IMG/VR virus record: IMGVR_UViG_3300044974_001280
Span: 166,446 to 230,445 of that record
Direction: 5' to 3' (one strand)
DNA length: 64,000 bases
The notes below the pieces were generated by a model. The model worked only from the letters and a program-made list of their open reading frames with translations. It did no database searches and was not told the DNA's origin. The position numbers and the translations under genes are program-made. Each line of letters starts with the position of its first letter. Position 1 is the stretch's first letter. Positions 57,093 to 64,000 of the stretch are shown here, piece after piece.

Positions 57093-57662
57093 ATGAGCAC
57101 AACATCACACGCAAAATTTGAATTAGAATTAGCAGGCTTCTTTGGAGAAGATTCTGACTATGGAGGAGCCATCGGAGAGGCAGTTATGGAACTAATGGAG
57201 GTATTTGAAAAACAAGGACACTCAGGTGGTTCAGCACCGATTGTAGCCTCTTTATTTCACAAATTAGCTAACTACAAACCACTGGGGCCTATTACAGGTA
57301 AAGATGAAGAGTGGGGAAATGTTAGTGATTTAGCAGGTAAACCTTGGTATCAAAACAAAAGAGAGGGTGGATTGTTTAAGGATAAGGATGGTAGGGTTAC
57401 ATATAATGACGCTATTATCAAAAGATGTCCTAATGGAACAACTTGGTCAGGACCTATTTACATGACTCGAGAGGATGCTATCAACAATACAAACCGATTT
57501 CATAGTTCTTTGGAAATTAAAGGATTTCCATTTACACCAAAAACATTTTACATTGATGTGTTGGAGGAAGAAATTAAAAAAGATGATTGGATTATGTGGG
57601 TAAAAGACCCAAAACAATTGGATGAAGTATGGGAGTATTACAAAAAACCTGATTTTTTATGA
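57093..57662 (+). CDS. Conserved phage hypothetical protein
   Basis: FEKQGHSGGSA, PLGPITG.DEEW, YQNKR. Confidence 0.8.
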   Translation: MSTTSHAKFELELAGFFGEDSDYGGAIGEAVMELMEVFEKQGHSGGSAPIVASLFHKLANYKPLGPITGKDEEWGNVSDLAGKPWYQNKREGGLFKDKDGRVTYNDAIIKRCPNGTTWSGPIYMTREDAINNTNRFHSSLEIKGFPFTPKTFYIDVLEEEIKKDDWIMWVKDPKQLDEVWEYYKKPDFL

Positions 57663-57916
57663 GCAACTACAAAATATTTAAAAGTGTGTATGTAGATGAG
57701 TATGGTAAAGAAGGTACACCATTTTTTTGGATTAAAAAAAGGAAAACCTTTATAGGAATACCTTATTGGAAGTCTATAAGACATTATGATGGTGGGGAAT
57801 ATACCGGCCTTACTAGATTTTATAATTATGATGATGCTCTTAATTTCATTCAAAATGTGTTAGAAAAAGGGATAAAACTCGATGATATAAATACTGAACT
57901 TGTACATATTTATTAG
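57659..57916 (+). CDS. Hypothetical protein
   Basis: ATGA overlap. Confidence 0.65.
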   Translation: MSNYKIFKSVYVDEYGKEGTPFFWIKKRKTFIGIPYWKSIRHYDGGEYTGLTRFYNYDDALNFIQNVLEKGIKLDDINTELVHIY

Positions 57917-58000
57917 ATAATGAAAAACAATATTTAAAGCAGATTTATAAGAAAGATATTAAAAAATAACAATACCTTTATCAAATTAAAAATTTAAATT

Positions 58001-58174
58001 ATGAAAAATTTACAAATTAAAATTACAATCACAGATGGTGAAAAAGAAGCTAAAGCAATAATTAGTGTAAATGAATACCAATCAATAAAAGAAATACATG
58101 GTATAAGTATGTTAGATGAACAAGTAGATTTTTTATTAGAAGAGATTAAAAAATCAATCACACCCAACAATTAA
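58001..58174 (+). CDS. Hypothetical protein (57 aa, not in the ORF track)
   Basis: MKNLQIKITITDGEKEAK... Confidence 0.55.
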   Translation: MKNLQIKITITDGEKEAKAIISVNEYQSIKEIHGISMLDEQVDFLLEEIKKSITPNN

Positions 58175-58186
58175 ATCTTTTGAATT

Positions 58187-58423
58187 TTGAAAACTAAAAT
58201 CCACGTCAACCAACATCACATTCGTTCCAACAAAACAAAAGGAACGGATTTACCAGTTATTACAGTGAAACAAGGTAAAAAAAATACCTACTGTAATGAG
58301 GTTGAGATTTTAGGGCCAAGTAAGATTACCTACTGCGGATCGGGCACCGAGACCAAGCCCCTCATTTCTTGTGGGGCCAGAGTCGTCATAGAAACCGACT
58401 CGGAGGTGAAAATAGTTTCATGA
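58187..58423 (+). CDS. Conserved phage hypothetical protein
   Basis: IHVNQH.IR.N, PVITVK, SCGARVVIET. Confidence 0.8.
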   Translation: MKTKIHVNQHHIRSNKTKGTDLPVITVKQGKKNTYCNEVEILGPSKITYCGSGTETKPLISCGARVVIETDSEVKIVS

Positions 58424-58481
58424 ACTGCCAAAAAATCCGAAACTTCTTTTTAAAAATAAATATATAAAAAAAAACATAAGA

Positions 58482-58745
58482 ATGAAGCATTCTTCCGCCA
58501 AAGGCACTCCCCTCATCAACTACGAAGGAGATAATTTAAGAATTGTTAAATCTCCAGGCACTAAGAATTATTTCGACGTGTACGATCAGTGGGATGAAAA
58601 ATGTTATACGCTTACCCCCACCGCATTAGGAGAATGGCTAGAAGGAAATTTTGCTATCATAGATAGTCGAGGAAAATCCTGGTTCTTCCCAGAGGAATCG
58701 GGAAGAGCAAAGATGTCAGACATCTTAGAATACATCACTTCTTAA
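58482..58745 (+). CDS. Hypothetical protein
   Basis: AATATATA upstream. Confidence 0.65.
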   Translation: MKHSSAKGTPLINYEGDNLRIVKSPGTKNYFDVYDQWDEKCYTLTPTALGEWLEGNFAIIDSRGKSWFFPEESGRAKMSDILEYITS

Positions 58746-58757
58746 TTCCACAATCAT

Positions 58758-58958
58758 ATGAAACCAGAAAAAGATCTTGTCTTAGCCGAATGCAAAGAAA
58801 TTATCAACAACTCCCCTCTGTTCGGACCCGGTGACTTTATTCAGGTAGCCCAAAAGTTAACCTCTAGCTGTCCCAACTACTATGAATTAGGGGAGATCCT
58901 TGTGACTTTATTGAATCAAGTCCAAAAAGAGCAGACCCAAAAATCATCTGACAACTAG
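58758..58958 (+). CDS. Hypothetical protein
   Basis: Co-directional ORF. Confidence 0.55.
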   Translation: MKPEKDLVLAECKEIINNSPLFGPGDFIQVAQKLTSSCPNYYELGEILVTLLNQVQKEQTQKSSDN

Positions 58959-59256
58959 TGTCTCTTGATTCTCTTCCACCTCTACAGAACGGACCCCAAA
59001 AATCATCTTCTGCTGACTCTCACCAGCAGCAGTCAGAAGTTTCCGCTATCCCTTTAAAAACAGACCTTTTTGAATCCGAAACGGAATACTTTCTGGACTA
59101 CACGGACACCGATGGTGCTTTTTCTTTCTACGAGGACTAGAGATCTAAACCCAAAAACTCTTACAAGGGATCTTGTATTTTAAACACGGGATTTCTTCTT
59201 AACTTATCCACTCACATTCATCCGAAATTACAAAAAATTAACCCACCTCTCCTCAA

Positions 59257-59514
59257 ATGGCAGAATTTAGCAAGCAATACGAAGAAGCATTTAACTTTGA
59301 TTGGCATGATTTCGACTACGCAGAAATCTGGGAAAAACTTCAGCCGAATGAATTCTATCCTTTGATCTGCGAGGGTCTAGGCACCCTGGGAGTGGGTAGA
59401 TCAGAATCTGGAGAGATGCTGTTGGGTATCCAGGACGACCAGGATCCATCTATGATGATCTTTAAAACTCTGGACCAGGTGATTTCACTGGTGGAATCAC
59501 AGGGGAGGGAATAA
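59257..59514 (+). CDS. Hypothetical protein
   Basis: MAEFSKQY..ICEG.G. Confidence 0.7.
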   Translation: MAEFSKQYEEAFNFDWHDFDYAEIWEKLQPNEFYPLICEGLGTLGVGRSESGEMLLGIQDDQDPSMMIFKTLDQVISLVESQGRE

Positions 59515-59557
59515 AAAACCAGAGTTGATGAAAGATATATAAGCCAATTCAAGGCCT

Positions 59558-59761
59558 ATGTATTCAAATCCAGAATATTTAAAACAGATTGTTTCCAAAT
59601 TGGAAAGACTCAATCTGGCCTCCACCGGCAGTCCAAATGCCACTCCCAATTCAGGATTTCATTCCGGATCCGTGAAGGGCGAGCCCAAGCTAGAAGATCC
59701 CTTACAGTGGATGGGCAGAGCAGCACAACAATATCTTTCCTCCAAACATGAAAAATCTTAA
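59558..59761 (+). CDS. Hypothetical protein
   Basis: GATATATA upstream. Confidence 0.55.
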   Translation: MYSNPEYLKQIVSKLERLNLASTGSPNATPNSGFHSGSVKGEPKLEDPLQWMGRAAQQYLSSKHEKS

Positions 59762-59945
59762 AGAAAATTTCCCAGCCTATGCTCTGGGTTTTTTTGTGTG
59801 GCTTCTGTGCCTCATCTTTTTGCCAAAAATCTGGGCAATAGTGACTTTATTACTAGGGGTTGGGCAGCTTTTTAGCTGTAGTAATCTGAAAAGGGATTTA
59901 GCCCGCCTTTGGTGGAAAAAGCAGGAAGTCAAAAACCGAATTTAA
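59748..59945 (+). CDS. Small membrane protein
   Basis: Two hydrophobic segments. Confidence 0.55.
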   Translation: MKNLKENFPAYALGFFVWLLCLIFLPKIWAIVTLLLGVGQLFSCSNLKRDLARLWWKKQEVKNRI

Positions 59946-60250
59946 AAACTAGTCAATTCTGTTCTCAACCAGGTAGAACCTGCAACACAGACATAAAGAT
60001 ACCCTCCGGTAGAACTACCAGTGAAAGCCATTTGTCCAGTTGCTCCAGTAGATCCTCCGGTGGCAGGAGCCCCAGCAGGACCAGCTACAATCGAGTTCCA
60101 ATAAGGTAAAGATGTCCAGGTTGAAACCCCGTTGCCTAATTTAAGATTATAAGTGTTGGTTTCAAACCCAAATTCTCCACTCAACAGAGTTGGGTTATTG
60201 GAGGTCCAGTTGGTTGAGGTGTCCTGACGGAGAACTATACGGTAAGCCAT
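59942..60250 (-). CDS. Short fibre/decoration protein with an Mtd-N/hyaluronidase-N-like domain
   Basis: RIVLRQDT..NW...NP.L..GE.GFET.T..LKLGNG...W..LPY; short GXY stretch; GATATATA upstream. Confidence 0.8.
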   Translation of the reverse strand: MAYRIVLRQDTSTNWTSNNPTLLSGEFGFETNTYNLKLGNGVSTWTSLPYWNSIVAGPAGAPATGGSTGATGQMAFTGSSTGGYLYVCVAGSTWLRTELTSF

Positions 60251-60324
60251 GAAATTTTTTTTCTTTATATATCGTTTTTTTCCCAGCGTTGAGACGAATT
60301 TCTGATATATAAAGTAAAAACTCT

Positions 60325-61167
60325 ATGTTACTAAAAATTGGGTCCAAAGGAGAGGACGTGAAAAAACTCCAGTCTAAATTGGGATTAAGTCCCGACGGTG
60401 TCTTTGGACCTGGAACGGAAGCCAAAGTCAAAGAATGGCAAAAGGCCAACGGTCTTGGGACGGATGGCATAGTGGGTCCGGGGACTTGGAACAAGATGTT
60501 CGTCACCTTAGCTCCTGTCTCTGAATCTGTCAAGTCCCAAACTACTACGGGATCCCAGTCTAGTCCCGCCTTGAAATTGGACAAACTGAAAGGACACGTA
60601 CCAGACTCTGTTATTGCAGAAATCCCCGATACGGCAGCTAAATTTGGCATCACCACCCCTCTGAGACTTGCTCACCTATTAGCTCAGGCATCGCACGAGT
60701 CGGGCCATTTCAAATCAGTGACAGAGAATTTGAATTATTCCGCTGATGGTTTGAAAAAAATATTCCCTAAGTACTTTCCTGGGAATTTAAATGAGTCTTA
60801 TGCAAGAAACCCACAAAAGATAGCAAACAAAGTTTATTCTTCGAGAATGGGGAATGGCGATGAGGCTTCAGGCGATGGATTCCGATATAGGGGAAGGGGT
60901 TTCTTGCAAACCACTGGCAAATCTAACTATGCAGAATTCAATAAAATAGTTGATGATGACGTAATAGCAAATCCGGATCTGGTAGCAACTAAATATGCTC
61001 TTGCCTCTGCCGCCTTCTTTTTCCAAAAAAATAACTTGTGGTCTATCTGTGACAGAGGTGCTTCAGATGAGATAGTTACATTAGTTAGTAAAAGAGTAAA
61101 CGGAGGTACAATTGGACTTAGCGAACGTTTATCAGAGTTTAAAAAATTTTATGCACTTCTCAATTAA
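60325..61167 (+). CDS. Endolysin: peptidoglycan-binding domain plus GH19
   Basis: LKIGSKGEDVKKLQ..DGVFGPGT; LAQASHESG, ENLNYS, GDGFRYRGRG, VNGGTIGL. Confidence 0.93.
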   Translation: MLLKIGSKGEDVKKLQSKLGLSPDGVFGPGTEAKVKEWQKANGLGTDGIVGPGTWNKMFVTLAPVSESVKSQTTTGSQSSPALKLDKLKGHVPDSVIAEIPDTAAKFGITTPLRLAHLLAQASHESGHFKSVTENLNYSADGLKKIFPKYFPGNLNESYARNPQKIANKVYSSRMGNGDEASGDGFRYRGRGFLQTTGKSNYAEFNKIVDDDVIANPDLVATKYALASAAFFFQKNNLWSICDRGASDEIVTLVSKRVNGGTIGLSERLSEFKKFYALLN

Positions 61168-61188
61168 AATAGAGATCTGAAACAATAT

Positions 61189-61220
61189 GGCCTAGGTTTT
61201 TTTAACCTAGGCCTTTTTTT
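61189..61220 (+). terminator. Rho-independent terminator
   Basis: GGCCTAGGTT-N5-AACCTAGGCC plus T7. Confidence 0.85.
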
Positions 61221-61246
61221 AGTATGAAAAAATCATCCATTCACCT

Positions 61247-61849
61247 ATGACTTACACCTCCGAACAAATTAGAAAGGCTCTATTGGCCAAGGGGTATGTC
61301 TGGTTTTCAGACTCACAGAACAAAGGTTTTGATCTAAACATTGTCGGCATCCGTAATTCAGAACCCGGGGATAAAGTGACCAACCTGTTCGATGACTGGA
61401 TAACAGTCTCGTATCTGGAGAAGGAAAAGCCAAAATTCTACAGCTGGGCGGCCACGACGGACCCAGGCACGAAAGGGGTTCTGGAGCACAGAAATCCCGA
61501 CGGAGTGGCCAGATTGGTGCCCGGTCAGTATCGAGGTTCTCACACTTTGGGCCTGCACCAGGGTAAATATGAAGCTTTGAGACAGCAAAAACCCATGAGG
61601 GTTTATCGGGATTCCGACAAAAACCTAATCTTCGAGGAAAGTAGAATTCAGACTGGTATTTTTGGCATCAACATCCACAAGGCAGGCAGACATTCAACTT
61701 GGGTTGAAAACTGGTCTGAAGGATGTCAGGTGTTTCAGAAAACACAGGACTTTGATGAGTTTATGAAAATCTGCCGGCAAGCAGCTAGAATTCACGGTCC
61801 TTCTTTTACCTATACCCTGTTGGAGAGCAAAGACATTAAATCTTCTTGA
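61247..61849 (+). CDS. L,D-transpeptidase/YkuD-like cysteine hydrolase
   Basis: ATTDPG, GINIHKAG....WSEGCQV. Confidence 0.65.
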   Translation: MTYTSEQIRKALLAKGYVWFSDSQNKGFDLNIVGIRNSEPGDKVTNLFDDWITVSYLEKEKPKFYSWAATTDPGTKGVLEHRNPDGVARLVPGQYRGSHTLGLHQGKYEALRQQKPMRVYRDSDKNLIFEESRIQTGIFGINIHKAGRHSTWVENWSEGCQVFQKTQDFDEFMKICRQAARIHGPSFTYTLLESKDIKSS

Positions 61850-62049
61850 CGGTGCATTTTCCTGAAACATCCGTCACCTCTAAATTCAAATTCCTATTCA
61901 CTGTGAATTTGTAGGTCATTGGCCCCTCAATAGTTTTTTCAGTTCTTCACTTTGTAGTGGCTTCGTTCAGAAAAATTATAGGATTTTTCTCTGTATATCA
62001 TTAATGTCTGAAGGCTTTCTCTTATATTTGGGGGGGCAAAACCATCTTG

Positions 62050-62667
62050 ATGAAAAAAATACTTCTTTTATCTTTAGTCATCATCATGTCTTGTTCCTCC
62101 TACGAGGGTAAAATCCAGGGACCTTCCTTTCTGGTCAAGCCTTCGATCGAAATAATTCCCGTCGGAAACATCAGCAAATCAAGGATTGAATTTGTTAAAA
62201 AAAATCTTCTTGAAACCTATCAAGTGGAGGTAACTGTCGGGAAAGGACTACCTTTAGATACTATTTCTTTTGCTAGATCCTCCACTAGACAGGGTTACAC
62301 AGGCATTAAGATTCTTCAAAGATTCTCTTCCATTAATTCGGCCAGAAAGACCCTACTGCTTATTGAAGGTCAGGTCTACACCAGAAGAACTCTAAATGGA
62401 GTAACCTATCCAGAATGGTCAATTTTAGGATTAGCCTATCGAAATGTTTGTTTGGTGGTGCCTATTCGTAGTAAATCTAGACTGCAAAAGGTTGCTATTC
62501 ATGAAGTGGGCCACACTCTGGGCCTGCCTCACTGTGAGGATAGAGGGTGTCTCATGACAGATGCCAAAGGTAATGCAAAGAACATAGACAGGGCACAGAC
62601 AGAATTTTGTCACAATTGCATCCAAAAAATGCGAAAAAATTACTTTCTATTTAAAAATATTAAATAG
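62050..62667 (+). CDS. Archaemetzincin-like (M54) zinc protease, lipoprotein
   Basis: MKKILLLSLVIIMSC; HEVGHTLGLPHC....CLM...FC..C. Confidence 0.85.
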   Translation: MKKILLLSLVIIMSCSSYEGKIQGPSFLVKPSIEIIPVGNISKSRIEFVKKNLLETYQVEVTVGKGLPLDTISFARSSTRQGYTGIKILQRFSSINSARKTLLLIEGQVYTRRTLNGVTYPEWSILGLAYRNVCLVVPIRSKSRLQKVAIHEVGHTLGLPHCEDRGCLMTDAKGNAKNIDRAQTEFCHNCIQKMRKNYFLFKNIK

Positions 62668-63952
62668 AGAACCTGATAATTTATTTTTGACCAATGAGTA
62701 TAAATTTTTTCCGATCTCCTTTCCTTCTTTTTCGATGCTGATGAGCATCTTTTGGAACGAACTAGTTGATAAAATTAAAGGCACTAAAGGCACTAGGTCT
62801 TTATCATCACCAACATCCGGTAAAATAATAACGTAACTAGGTTTAATTTCACCCATTTTTACTAAAAATTCTCGGTCCACATTTAAACAACCTGCCCCTA
62901 CTCTGCCTTTATCGGAAGCTTTATTTTCACCCCCAAAAGAAATGGGGACAAAGTTTTTTTTCAAATCCCCTGCTACTTCTTGCCTAGTTTGATTTGCGTG
63001 TCCGTGAACAGCCATCGGAATCATCTCATTGGTATCTAAGGTATATAACCGGAAAATGTTACCAGTAGGGATCTTACCCTGAGGATCTGAACTTCCTCCT
63101 GTCAGGTAATTTTCTTGCCCCCCTGTATTTGATACTCTAAAAACTCCCGGTCTTGTAGTTCCCCCTTCAGAGGGGTAAATAAAAGGAATGCGAGCTTCCG
63201 GATTTTTTTTTCGAAACTCATTGTTCTTTTTTTCAGCATCTTCGTAACTACATTCTAGATTACAACCTATTTTTTTCAAAAAATCTACAAATCTTTTGCT
63301 TTGAGGATCATTTGGTTTCTCTCTGGAGAATTTTACAGAAGCTGAGTACCAATCAGGATATGTTTTAGGTTTTCCTATACCTAAATCCTTTATTTTACCC
63401 GATGCGAAGAAAGAATTGATAACAAATTTATAGCCGGGAGCAAAAAGACTAATTGTTCCCGCTTTTTTGTTTGCAATTAGGAAAGATTCATTTTTCAATT
63501 TATTTTCTTTTTGCAGACGTAGAATAAAATTGAAAGATCTATTGGACATCTTCCCAGCTTTTTTCTCCCACCATTCAAAGACAGCTTTTGTTCTCTCCGT
63601 TGAATCGACCCTAGTACTTTCGGAAGGGGGATTGTAATAGGGGGGGCTTTATCTGTGACAGTGTTTGGGAAGACGAAGTCTTTGAAGCAGGACTTCCTCC
63701 TGATTTCTGGTATTTTTCAAGAGCACTGGCGGTTAATTCTCCGAAATATCCAGTGGGAATACCGCTTTTTGTTTTTAAAAATCCTTCATCTATTAGAATC
63801 TGCTGTAATTTCTTCACGTCTGGGACCTCTTTTGGATTTTTGGTTCCACCAGAGCCTAATTTTAAACCTTTAGGGTTGATGTTGGGTTTGGGGTCAGATC
63901 CTGATTTTTCCTCGTTAAGGATCTGTAAAAATTGGTTGAAATTGTGAACCAT
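62647..63952 (-). CDS. Peptidoglycan-binding plus L,D-transpeptidase-like protein, broken by a +1 frameshift in a C7 run (ORFs 63611-63952 and 62647-63549)
   Basis: DVKKLQQIL...TGYFGELT..AL; AVHG...GAGCLNV; removing one G at 63640-63646 fuses both ORFs. Confidence 0.7.
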
Positions 63953-64000
63953 AACTTGCTTTTAAATTTTTCTAAATATCCGTTTTTTTGAACCTGGTGT

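Noticed and set aside
60195-60656. Minus-strand 153-aa ORF
   Set aside because: Shadow of the endolysin peptidoglycan-binding domain.
1-64000. Stop-codon reassignment
   Set aside because: Conserved enzymes are full length in the standard code, and TAA, TAG and TGA all end genes at sensible positions.

Overview
This window looks like 64 kb of a large lytic (jumbo-type) dsDNA phage genome. The host is most likely a Bacteroidota: TAnnTTTG promoters recur, starts are A-rich without Shine-Dalgarno sites, and the tmRNA tag begins GEN and ends ALAA. The standard genetic code fits. From left to right: (1) a ClpC-type AAA+ gene lacking its N-domain (minus strand, runs off the left edge, missed by the ORF track), divergent from a tmRNA with an unusually long tag; (2) a ~13 kb glycosyl/methyl/amino/acetyl-transferase cluster containing a second, divergent thymidylate-synthase-fold enzyme; (3) glutamine synthetase II, UVR-like small proteins, a metallophosphoesterase, a GT25 and a GH19 enzyme; (4) an RNA end-healing/sealing region (Rnl1, Rnl5, split Pnk, HAD, two receiver-like paralogs, ATP-grasp, primpol-like, SPFH) that also holds two anticodon-less tRNA-like RNAs and an attC-like cassette; (5) an AT-rich array of small, modular, apparently shuffled genes with repeated junction motifs; (6) a thyA split into two ORFs by a free-standing HNH endonuclease, with no intron; (7) late/lysis genes. 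All family assignments come from motifs read by eye, not from database searches.
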